Positions 41,701 to 52,237 of a stretch of 64,000 nucleotides of DNA are shown here, in pieces. The stretch is from Antedon mediterranea (Eukaryota > Animalia > Echinodermata). The stretch is taken from contig NC_092680.1 of the NCBI RefSeq assembly GCF_964355755.1, positions 3,844,001 through 3,908,000 of the forward strand. The letters run 5' to 3'. The notes below the pieces were generated by a model. It made no database searches, had not been told where the DNA came from, and saw only the letters and a program-made list of their open reading frames with translations. Each line of letters starts with the position of its first letter. The first letter of the stretch is position 1. The position numbers and the translations under genes were made by a program.

Positions 41701-44700
41701 AAATTCAAATGCATTTCAACGACTTTACAAAATTGATTTTTAAGTCAAATATTGAATAGAAACTGAATTGAATAAAAACTTCTTATTTTGAATTGAAAAA
41801 TAGAAGAAACTAAGATGTGATTTTTTAATACAGTATACATTTTCAACTTTTTTAATTAAAAAAATAAAATACAATGAAAAAGAATTCAATTTTCCAGTAA
41901 AACCTAAAAGAGAACATCTGTACATTTGTTATTACTTTTGTTATTGAGTTTAATAAAATAGTAAAACACAGTAGAAACTCCTTGGGACAAACCTTGTATA
42001 ATAGTAAAGGGACATAAACTGTATTCTCATAAAAAGAACGAGGGGGAAATAATTATGTGTGTTATGACTATGGCCAACCCCTATTCAGAGGAAACTCCTT
42101 TTAAGGGGACACTTCCTTGGGGGCTGAGTAGGGGTTTTACTTTAGCAAATCCTGATAAGGCAAAATTTAAAAAGTTATACCTTATAAAGAACTGAACAAA
42201 TTCTACGATTATTTAACTTTTGGTGGTTTGTGGGGAGGCCCATAGTTTATGGACTGTACCATTTGTGGACAGGGGTGTTCAATGAAAATGTTTACTTTGA
42301 GTTATATCTCGCTCTTCGAGGAGAAAGGGCTATTGGCGGTTTATCCAAGTAAGCTAGGCACGAAATAGACTAATGTTTTTCTATAATTTATTCTACATTT
42401 TAAAATATTCAAAATCAATCAAAATAAAGGACAAAGTTATTTAGAAGAAACTTTAACATTGTAGTTTTTTCAGAGAACCTGATTAAGGTCATTGTATTAT
42501 TTTATAGCCCTGGAGATGGGAAAGGTAAACAGGTAAACGATAATAAAAGTGAAATTAATATGACAATAAAACAAAAGTCTCGGGAGAAGTGTACAGTACC
42601 AGACTGTCATGCCAATCTCTGAAGTTGGAAAAGGGGTTTTTTTTTGGGTGAAATATAATACATTAAAATTTTCCATTACAATTTCAGATTATGTACTTTT
42701 TGTAAAAGTGGTTGAGACGATTAAACAGTAAAAGTAAAACCATGTTTACATTATACTAGTACAGGCATGATGATCATTAACACTGGTACACATGATTGAT
42801 ATACTGTAGATAGATAGGAATATCATAACACTGGTTCACACGGTACTACAGTACTACTATAATCATACTGCATTGTTTATTTACATGGAGAGCAAAAATT
42901 CCAAAATTGAATATTATTACTCAGTTTAAGCTAACTTAAAATGTTTACTCTCTGACTGAGTCAAAATATTTGTTTATTGACTATACTGTAAATATTCACG
43001 TTCACACTGAGTGACACTTTGTATTGTACGGACACACATACTGTAATCATTGTTTGTATACTTCATTCACACTTGTTACTATACATTTCACGGAAACATA
43101 TTTGCATTCTTGTTTCATTTATTTAGGCAAAACTGGAATGGAATAAGCTTACCGTAATTGAAAAATAAAATGCTATTTTCATTCACGTACTATGTATGTT
43201 GTTAATCTTGTCATATTTATTATTAATTAATAATATTAATTAGCGTAATTAGCGCTTTTAACAATCACCATATAAATAAAAATTAAAAAAAAGAGGATTT
43301 AAATAAATAACAACAGATTAGAATACTACTATACTACAGTATTTATTGTCAAGCAATATTCATTATCATATGACTAATGAGTTTATTAAAAAACTCCAGT
43401 TTATAACCATTGTTAAATTGACAGAGAACCCTTTATGGGTTAAATTAATTATGCTTAATTCATGATAGGAATGTTGAGTACTATCTGTTTATACTTATTG
43501 ATTTTCAACAGCACTAGATCTCTTCATATTGCCTTGCTAATTAAATAGAATCAATATATGGTAATCCTTGAGTGTGTATTGGGTGACATGTACAATAGAA
43601 TTCTGACAGGCAAAATGGGACTTTAAAGCCTGACTAGATGGAATACAGTGCTGTGACAGTGGCGTAACACAGGGCAAAAGCTCCTGGTTTAACACTCGTA
43701 AGGGACCCTTAAACTCTGGGTAGTTGCATTGTGAAAAAAGCACATTTTAAGCTCTGTCTACACTATCAAACTTTATGTGACAAAGAAATGTATATGGACA
43801 AGATGATGTCATATCACTACCATAATTAGGCGTATCACTATCATATTTGGGCACATCACACTCGTTTTTTGTCAAACTAGTTTGATAGTGTAGTACTACG
43901 GAGCTTTATACTAACTCCATTGTTAAATAAACAGCACCTTTTATATTAACACCATTATGAAATAAAAATAACCATTTTCCCGAATTTAAATTTATGATTA
44001 TCTATACTGTGTGTAGTGTAGTATGTAATCTCTTTTTTGTTAGGCGTCAATTGTGTTCTCTTCCCATCATCTGTTTTGAGTTGTAGATCTAGTCTTATCT
44101 GTTCTTTTTTGTATTTACATTTAGTATTGAAAACTACTAAACTATAATTTTACAAAGAAAGTTTTCTATAATGTATCAAATTCACTGTGGAACTTCTGAC
44201 ACACAGAATCTTACCATAAAAAGGTAATAAACCATGGAGACAAAACAGTATTGTGAAAAAAAAACAACCAATTTTGTGAATCCAGTTTTTTATCTGTTGT
44301 TATTTAATATTGTTGTTGAAAAGAAACCCTATATTTATTTGGTAGAAAAGCAAAAAGTGCTACTGTAGTCTATGTACCAAAGATACAACAATACAGTAAC
44401 TATATTTAACCAAAGTTGTTTTACAGTATACCTATAGGTGGAACAAATCTAATGGACTGAATTTGGCACCTGCCTAGCCATTCACGTTTTTGACACCTTT
44501 ACACAAAAGAACTAAAACATGTTCATTGTTATCACTTCAGGTGTGTTAATCTAACAGGTAGGTTTACCAATACTTTACAAATCCTAAAAATAATAGAACA
44601 ACATTAACAAAAGGGTTTATTGTTATTGTTAATATAATCAGCAATAAACAATGTGGGGGTCGTTTATAGCTAATTTAAAATAGGAAGCATTAAACAATTG

Positions 44701-46161
44701 CATTAAAATGGTATATTATAGTTGGTTTACTAAATATAACTAAAGTACACCTACTGTAATTAGATTTGTACACAATTTGCTATCCTTGACCATAAAGTGA
44801 ACTTTTTATTGTTAAAATATTATAAATTAATCTACCACTAGTACTACAGTAGTGTGATCATTTAGTAGTTTTTTTTACACAATTGCGCAATTGCGCTCCA
44901 TGCACCCTTTCTTCAGACAAATCTTAACTGTAACTGCTCAGGTGAAACTATTCCTATAATTTGAAAACCTCTTAAAAAAGTCAGAAACTAAATTCTCTAA
45001 TTTTCTGTAAAAACTGTTTAAATAAAGTTAGAAAAAAAGTGACCGTGTCTGTCAAAATGTTAAGAACCATCTACAGTATGTGTCCAAGTCTAATTCAAAA
45101 TGACCTCAGACAGCAAACACCGGATAACATACATCCACAATGGCTTAATATTTCAACTATACGAACTTACCACAAAATAATGATATAGAAATAAAGAGTG
45201 GCTGTGTAGTTATTCATGTAAGTATTTGATTAAATATTTCATCTTTTATGTGCTACTTAACATTATTCTACAACTGCAGTTTCTGCAGTAACAACATTCT
45301 TTTACTGCAGTAAACTGTGTATGTATTGCTAAACAATGTAAACAAAATGTGCAGTTAAAATAATTCTGACATTAAAATTATTTAACAGACAAAATTGCTG
45401 CAAAATTACTGTAGTAAAAATACCTGAGTTTTCCTGATACAGTCTTTGCAGAGGTTTTTTTAATTTTATTTAGAAATATTGTCATTTATGATTTAATATA
45501 TGGTAATTGACAAAATATTAATTACCGTAACTTCCTACCAAGTGTCAAGTGTTATCTTGTACAATCTAAGTAGGCTATCACTTTCAAGTTAACAGTCAAC
45601 ACTAGTCTCACAAGTTCAAGTATATTTTAGGAACAACCTGTCAGATTCCTTCCAATATGGCACTATACTAAATTTCATCATGCTGTACCTTTCTGTTTAA
45701 AGGCAAATTTACACTAAGCTGTAAACTGTGTAAGCGGACAACCACACTTGTCCCACGTAGAATCTATATCTATCCTGAGCAAGTGTGAAAGAACCTTTAC
45801 CACATTGATTGTTTCTTTATTTGGGGTTTGTTTGTCTGTCATCAATTAATGGGCCATTAATGCTGAACTTTGTCTCATGAATGCTTATCTGGACTTCCAC
45901 TTCCAGGTACAATAGTAAACTGGTACTACTTTTAAACCTTTAATATTCTGCTTTAAATTATTGAATTAAATTGACCATACTTTCTTTACAGAAACAGCAA
46001 AACATTTGTGTTCAATACAAATACTGTACATCAATCTAACAACATTTCTTGTGTCTATTACCTAAATGGGAATGCAGTGTTTAGCTCTGTCAGAAAAACG
46101 CTTCTAAAAATACTGTATGTTTACTTACCAACTTTGGTTGCTTCCTAAGCTTTTTAAACAT
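11752..46161 (-). CDS. RAI14: Ankyrin-repeat and coiled-coil protein of the RAI14 (ankycorbin)/UACA/ANKRD24 family, 15 coding exons, ~952 aa
   Basis: Exons 46161-46129, 31388-31258, 30168-30080, 28554-28432, 26457-26387, 26016-25910, 24932-24745, 22937-22726, 19288-19169, 16910-16812, 16146-16068, 14879-14749, 13808-13536, 13217-12087, 11823-11752. All are GT-AG with consistent phases (2859 nt). N-terminus [11 protein letters not shown]|[49 protein letters not shown]. Ankyrin repeats follow ([32 protein letters not shown]), then a long coiled coil and the family C-terminus [10 protein letters not shown]|[18 protein letters not shown]. Probably co-orthologous to the vertebrate paralogs. The 33-nt first exon is the least certain. 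Confidence 0.88.
11869..11955 (-). repeat. Retroposon (SINE/LINE) 3'-tail fragment; second copy at ~31556-31680
   Basis: tttatttata.tggg.gacctcttcagtcaaag...ggtcttccag.gg..ccag.tatgat..gtggctgtgatgt is shared by both loci, with a (TAAA)n tail on the minus strand. Confidence 0.6.
13903..14075 (+). mobile_element. tRNA-derived SINE (Pol III A and B boxes); body-only relative at ~24490-24565
   Basis: A box TGGTCTAATGG (13910-13920) and B box GGTTCGAATCT (13954-13964). The acceptor stem is poor. The following body gcggatttttctcattctcacagatttcctcat recurs near 24495. Confidence 0.7.
15531..15649. mobile_element. MITE family A, copy 2
   Basis: agctctgtctacactatcaaac ... aaagtgtagacagagc, with TTA on the left and TAA just beyond the right end (Harbinger/Tourist-like). 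Confidence 0.78.
20540..21975. repeat. Composite of GC-rich non-autonomous DNA-transposon fragments in a RAI14-like intron
   Basis: Duplicated ccgggggcccttggcggccccctggcccc (21667-21695 and 21886-21915), hAT-like ends ccacccctg and cggccctg, and internal ccgggacct-type repeats. Boundaries are approximate. Confidence 0.55.
21975..22150 (-). repeat. Uninterrupted copy of the repeat that is split by the TIR element at 2768-4525
   Basis: Its reverse complement aligns to 2735-2767 joined to 4526-4660 (gttttgtaaaaa...catatatattactttaaaaacattaaaccaggtcatt...ctctcgtggacgg). Confidence 0.85.
23998..24167. mobile_element. MITE family A, copy 3 (further partial copies at ~25214-25334, ~28060-28185, ~48570-48665)
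   Basis: agctctgtctacactaacaaac ... gtttgatagtgtagacaaagct, with the shared core gtgatgtgcccatatatggacatgatgatgtcat. Confidence 0.8.
27263..27684. mobile_element. MITE family B with internal CTATTCAGGGGACAC sub-repeats and Tc1/mariner-like TACAG...ACTGTA ends
   Basis: Starts tacagaactccct and ends gaggttttactgta. Internal 21-bp tandem ctattcaaggggacaacatcc occurs about four times. Degenerate relatives lie near 10830-11035, 17650-17850, 22480-22600, 41968-42140 and 60900-60971. Confidence 0.6.
32459..32737. mobile_element. MITE family C with ~55-bp TIRs; partial second copy at ~48324-48560
   Basis: tgcactgtcaattgtatgacccactatacgacccccgggaga... pairs with ...tctcccgggggtcaaatagtgggtcatacaattgacaagtgca. 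The interior is rich in TGACGCA(C). Confidence 0.85.
34895..35932. repeat. 66-bp minisatellite (~6.5 + 2 copies) interrupted by a ~450-bp insert (35341-35790)
   Basis: Unit taatgtgccccactttggcacgtttgtgaagaacagaagtaggattctatgtagaagttgaaacta. The period of 66 was measured between 35081 and 35147. Confidence 0.9.
37085..37410. repeat. Polypurine (GA-rich) low-complexity tract with G-runs
   Basis: About 325 nt almost purely G/A on the + strand; three G9-G11 runs at 37324-37381. Confidence 0.9.
40396..40609. mobile_element. Degenerate MITE (TIR AGCTTGGTTCCCACTTGGA-like)
   Basis: agctttggttcgcatttggga ... tccaagtgggaaccaagct; a related right end lies at ~31808-31830. Confidence 0.55.
43750..43905. 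mobile_element. MITE family A, near-full copy
   Basis: agctctgtctacactatcaaactttatgtgac ... gtcaaactagtttgatagtgtag...gagct. Confidence 0.8.
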
Positions 46162-49100
46162 GTTGCCTTATCTTGTTGTATGATACAATTGGTGGGGAGA
46201 GTCACTATCAAATTTGGTAGCAATTGACTGACTACATTAGTAATGATCCAATCATCTTCCTTCTGTTATAAATTCTGAAATTTAAGAATAATTCAGTTTG
46301 AGGGTTTATTCTCGACTCAAAAATCGATTATTAATATTGCTAAACAAAATTAAATTTTTCCCTGCAACACCAAAATAATAACTAAGTCTTTGTCTTTAGT
46401 ATTGTATTTTTTGCTACACAATTTTAGAAATGTATAGCAATAAGGTTGCTTTGTATTGTATAGCGTTTTGCTATGCTACACTGGCAAAATTATTCCCTGT
46501 GTTGCACACTAAGAATATCCCTCAGTCTAGTCCTTAGACTTTTTTCAAGTGTGGTCCTTCTGGTTGTGAATTTTGGGCAATACACCAGGAGACGATCCCT
46601 ACTCTATTTGACAGTGTACATTACTGCGTTCTTTAACGTGCACATGAGATATGTTTAACAAAAAATAATCAGTATGAAATCTCATAGTTTAGAGTTGATT
46701 TATTAGCCATATTGAATGATGAGGATTTAGAACTTAGCAAGCACTTAAATGACGATAACAGCTCTTATCTTATCACCATGGATTATGTTTCGTTCTCCTT
46801 GCTGCAATACAGTACGTTCAATGCTAAGTTAACCTTCGCTTTACAATGTAAACGTCAGCAAATCTCTAATGTCCACTATGAGGTCAATCACATTGTAGAA
46901 TAATCTGACCATTTTAAACCAATTAAAAAGAAATGTACAGTACTGTACTTAGTGTTTTTTTAAATTTAATGTTTAAACCTTATTTTGCTTTGATCTAAAT
47001 TTACAATCATTTCTGTACAGAAACAGCAAACATTTTTACCATTACAATCAGCATTTCTTGTGTCAATGCAGACAAATTCTCTCAACCCATTTACACTACA
47101 ATGATTGGAAAGAGGGAGGGGGGGGGGGGGTAATTAAAGAGACATGTACTGTACAGTTTTGATAAAAAAAACCTAAATCTCTAGTTTATGGTAAAAAATA
47201 TAATTTAATAATAATAATAAGGGTTTTGCTGAACAGGATGAAATAATCAATTGTTCGTATTGCCTGTGTGCAAAAAACTACCGTACAGTACAGTGATGTA
47301 TTACCGCACGGTAAGGTGATTAAGTTCAATGTAAGTTTAATTGGCGCAAGATACGTAATCTACATTAATGAGAATTAATGCAGACACCAAGCACAACTGC
47401 AAGAATGTTTATTCAACCTCCAAGTGTTGTGTCAACAAAGACCTATTAAATCATACACACTGCTTCATGGTTACAACATATACCTCGCCTTTTGGAGTTT
47501 TACAATTATTATTATTTAAAATTCTTTAAAATATAATTATCAAATACTGTATGTAGAATCTTCTATAAATGAATACCGGTTAAGGTAAATTATTTTCCTG
47601 AAAAAAACCATAATTTAAAGAAATAATTTTAGATTAAGATTAAGAAGTAAAAATGATTAATGTTTGTTCTTTTTTTATGAAAGTATATTATAACTTTATT
47701 TATTAACTACAAAATGGCCTAAATTCAAATTTATTTCTTTTGTTAGTTTATTTTAAAGTTAGTACAACATGTCACCGGAGAGTTTAGGGTTCTCTTTTTA
47801 TATATGTAATAATCAGAGGATACCATTGCGAAGTTTCTTAACCTTAAAAATAAATGGCTTATTCAAAGTTTGTTGTACAGACTGACACAGTAAAAAATTT
47901 ATATAACTAAATTTCTATTTGGTGTGGTAACTCTAGGCTGCCTAAGGAAGTTGGTCAGAGTGTCTCTTCCTGAAACTGAATTGACTAATTAAACTGGTTA
48001 ATTCAGAGCTTTTTAAACAAACATTAAGATTAAGAAATAAATGGCTTATTTTATAATAAACCTTGTTAAAGTTTTTATATATTTTACCTCCCAGTGACAA
48101 TACATATAAATTACTATGTACAGTAAGTATTAATTTAAAAACTAAATATAATTTTTTAGTCTGTAATTCCAGAGAAAAATATGCTTTAATCTCAACAAAC
48201 ATACATTAATCAACTTTAAGAGAAAGTCAACTGTAAATTGTGTTCTCCTTCTGTCTGCAGTAATTTGTTAAGTTGAAAGATATTCATATAAAGCAGTATT
48301 TGTATTGTAGAAGATGTTGCTAATGCACTTGTCAATTGTATGACCCACTATACAACTCCCGGGAGAGGTGCGTCATTTACAAATAATTATTGACATTGGG
48401 GTACGTCAAAAAACCTAAATGGTACGTCACATAATGAGCAATGGTGTGTCAATGTCCGTCACTTTACCACCCACAATATCACAGTGGGTCAAAATTGGTG
48501 CATCATGGTCACCTAACTGAAGGTAAGTCACATTTTTTTCGCACAACGCAGACAAAAAAGTGTGTCTAAATATTAATGTGGTAGTGATATGCTCAAATAT
48601 GATAGGATATGAAAGCATCATGTCCATATATGGGCACATCATACATATTTTGTTTGGTCATAAAAATGGTAAAATCATCAAACAAATAGAAAAATAAAAA
48701 TTGCATACCATAAAGTCAATTGGTAACATTCATATCATAAGAAAAGAACAGCAGATAGTGTAGGATCGATCCAAGTGTATAGCTACTGTGCATGCCTAGG
48801 TAAAAGAAGTCGAATATAAGCTAAGCCCACATAGGGTCAACAGTCACCCCTCTTCGACGTCTTTTTCTCGTATTGCCGATCTTATTTTTTGGGGAAACGG
48901 AGTGACTTTCCATACCACCTTTGTGTCAATCAGTTTCTGTTAAAGGATATACATCACTCACTAGTAACTAAAAGACGTGAAATAATAGTTAAGATTGGAA
49001 TGATAATAAACAACAACAATAACGATACTTACAATTACTCGTTGTTTTATCTCCAATTTAACACCTCGTATCTTGTAAACAAAACCACTAAAATACTCAC

Positions 49101-50931
49101 AACACCGCCGTGGTTGTTTTTTTGGACCTAAATGATGATAAATGGTCGTTGACAAAAACAAATAGAGGGCGCTATTACAATTTTTTCAGTCGTCGAAAAG
49201 TATTAGATGGGTTTGAAGCAGTCTGGTAGGCCCTCTACTAGGCCTTGGTCCCAGGAAATTGCATTTATTCATTGTAATATGAAATGAAATATTATAAGTT
49301 TCCAGTACTAGCCCACTATGATTGGGGTGGGGCGTAGCTAGCTAAGACAATTATTTTGAGAATATATCTGTATAATATTTCATTCGTATGCTAATACACT
49401 GTGCTCAAGTGGACCCAATTTGGAGCTAGTGGACAAGGGGAGCACAGTGGTATATAATATAAATAAAGTCACCAAATTGTAATAAATTTAAGAAAAAACA
49501 ATATTCTTTGTGTTTCCTTAGGCAGAGTCAATGTTCTTAAAAATGGTTACGTCAGTAGATTAAGTTTATATTATAAAATCTGTTTCGTTTCTGAGTTGCT
49601 GTAATTGTCGTTGTATCTGTTAAACCAAGCTGTAAGTGGTGTATTTGTTGCTGCTGTTGCTTCTGGTTTAAACAAATATCTTTTCGTATGTTAATACACT
49701 CATTAAGTGGACCCAATTTGGCACCAGTGGATCACGTTAATATAAAACAGAAATAAGTCACTGAATTTTCCGTCACATCTTGTATGTCCGATACACTGTC
49801 CTCCAGTTGATTACATTTGGCGCCAGTTGAGCACAGCGAAATAGTCACATTCAAAAACATTGAGAAAAATACTTCTGGAATTCAAAAATATTTTAAAGTA
49901 GATATATATATATATATATACAGTACTAAACCACTAATAAATTAAGTTATACAAAGGAAATCTAACAACAGGAGCTCCAGAGATCAAGGGTTTCATTTGT
50001 GGCTACGACACGAAGTTCCACGCCCTTTGAAATAAAAGGCACTGAGCGTCGGTGGTCTACACAGTAGTAGTAGTATTGGTGGTATTTGTCGCAGCCAGAC
50101 ATTACGTTCAAAGGACAGTTACGAGTTCCTATCTTGGCAAGGTGAGCTCAGTGTCCTGTGGTTAGATTGCCTTGCTTTATAACGCATGATATTAGAAGAT
50201 TTTCTTCAACAAGTTTTGTAGGCTACAAAGTCCATATAATAATGTTTTATGAGTGGTCCCTAACTTATAATGTACGATATCGCATTCAGACGGTGAATGA
50301 TCATTGAATGTTTTTCAGAACATTTCATTTTCCTTTAAAATTCCATTATAATATATTCATATCTTTTATAAAATGTCGTTTCCAGACTACCAGCAACGTT
50401 ATTACTTATTAATAGTAGTTTTGACTAAAAAAAAAATACACCGTCTGCCGAGTTTATTTAAAATTTTGAACAACGTTTGTGCAGACACTCATCAAAGTGA
50501 ACACATTTGAGTGAGAGGTCCGGTTGGCGTAGGAGAGGTAAAACGTATTTAAGTATCATAGCTTAAAATTAGCCTTTATTCTATTATTTCGCACATTATT
50601 ATACGCTATCGACTCTTTACGTAACAGTAATTTTTCTTCGTTTGATCCGCTGTTTGTTCTCAGATGGATTTTAAGGGTGCAAAGAGCGAAATGGAATTTC
50701 GTTCTTTAGTCACTATATTTTCCCGCATCTAGCCCCCGGCCGCCCTGAATACTAGATCCTGTGCCTCCTGAGCGGGCCAGTGACTACCTACTGTAGGCCT
50801 ACTCTTTAATAGGAATTATAATTATACTGTACAGTATATACATTCCCAAACTACTGTATTGTAAAAGACGTTTACACTTTTAAAACTGTATAAACAAAAT
50901 ATTCTACTAACTGTTTCTTGTAGAAGAAAAC

Positions 50932-51384
50932 ATGCATCTATTTGCCAGTTGGTTTCTGTTGGTACTCAGTCTTAGTGGAGCATTGCCTCTACAGACTACC
51001 AACCTACCTGATGGCCGTATATCTACTTCTGTAGATATACCACAAATAGCAGAAGGAAGCAACCTAAACGAAGTTACACCAGTTGATGCTATAGCAGAGG
51101 CCGAAGAAGCTGGACCCATATTCAAGAGTGACTCCAGAGTTCAAGAAATTGCTAATGATGTGTCACCTGATCAAGTCAATAAAGGATTTTTCCATTGGTG
51201 CTTCTGGCATCATCGTCGGCACGTGATCATTGTACACCACTACCATCCGTACTATCACCATTACTATTACCATCATTATTATCATCCTTATTATCGTCAC
51301 TATTGTTATCATCATTACTATCATCCATATTATCGTCATTATCACTACCACCATCATTACTGGCGTCGTCGTCACTGGTTTTAG
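50932..51384 (+). CDS. Secreted prepropeptide with His/Tyr-rich cationic C-terminal domain (150 aa), function unknown
   Basis: Signal-peptide-like MHLFASWFLLVLSLSGA, then an acidic pro-region. The last 66 aa contain 22 His, 19 Tyr, 7 Arg and no Asp/Glu. A splice acceptor (ttcttgtag, 50923) precedes aagaaaacATG, and ATTAAA lies at ~51452. Confidence 0.72.
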   Translation: MHLFASWFLLVLSLSGALPLQTTNLPDGRISTSVDIPQIAEGSNLNEVTPVDAIAEAEEAGPIFKSDSRVQEIANDVSPDQVNKGFFHWCFWHHRRHVIIVHHYHPYYHHYYYHHYYHPYYRHYCYHHYYHPYYRHYHYHHHYWRRRHWF

Positions 51385-52237
51385 ACATTTAAATTGTTCT
51401 AAGCCTCTAGGCCTAGTAGTACTACTACTAGATTGATAATGTCAACATTGGATTAAAATTGCTTTAAATGAACATTTTTGTAGGCCTACTCTTTTTGTCT
51501 TTTAATGTTCTACATTTGTTATTTAAAAGAAAAAATAGTTTCGTCCCTTTCGGAATTCTATCCGTGATTAAGATTACGCCGAGCAGAACAAAATGCAACT
51601 TTGACGTGCCATAGGCAATAACGTCAGCAGCAGCAACCAACAACAACTTCCGTTGTGAACGTCGTTATACACGATCAACATGCGAAGTAAAACCACATAA
51701 AAAGTAATTTGAAGGTACTTTTTAAGAAATAAATCTCACTTTAGATCAAGATTAATATTTACTTCACCGTATGGATGTGCAAACCTATATCCTGGGTCTA
51801 TGCTAGCTAGGCCTAGTAAGTAGGCCTAGCTTGTGAGTGTAGTAGGAGGGCCAGGCCCACCAGCTGCCAGGAAAGGCGCTAGGAGCGAACCTGTCTGTCT
51901 GCAGGCTAGAGGCCTAGGCTAGGCCTAGCTACTAGGGTAGAGACTAGTAGGTAGGCCCCAGCCAGTGCAAGCCTGCAAAGAGGAGGAAGTAGGACAGGTA
52001 CTAAAAAAGAATGAATTAGACCTAGCTAGGCCTATCCATTCGTAGGGCCAGGCCTATATAACATTAACAATCATATTCTCCTGTGTGTAAAACATACATA
52101 GTAGCTAGGTCTAGGTCTACTAGGCTACTAGGTAGGCCCTAGACTAGGCCTATTTTGCAATCTTCGTTGTATTGTAATATTTTCAAATATATACATTTTT
52201 TACATATTGTTACATGTAGACTTGAATTTAGTGCAAA

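Noticed and set aside
50907-51436. Alternative-frame and antisense ORFs over the His/Tyr gene (Ile/Thr-, Ser/Leu- and Met/Val-rich)
   Set aside because: Shadows of CAT/TAT-rich codons. Only the 50932 frame has a signal peptide, a good start context and an upstream acceptor.
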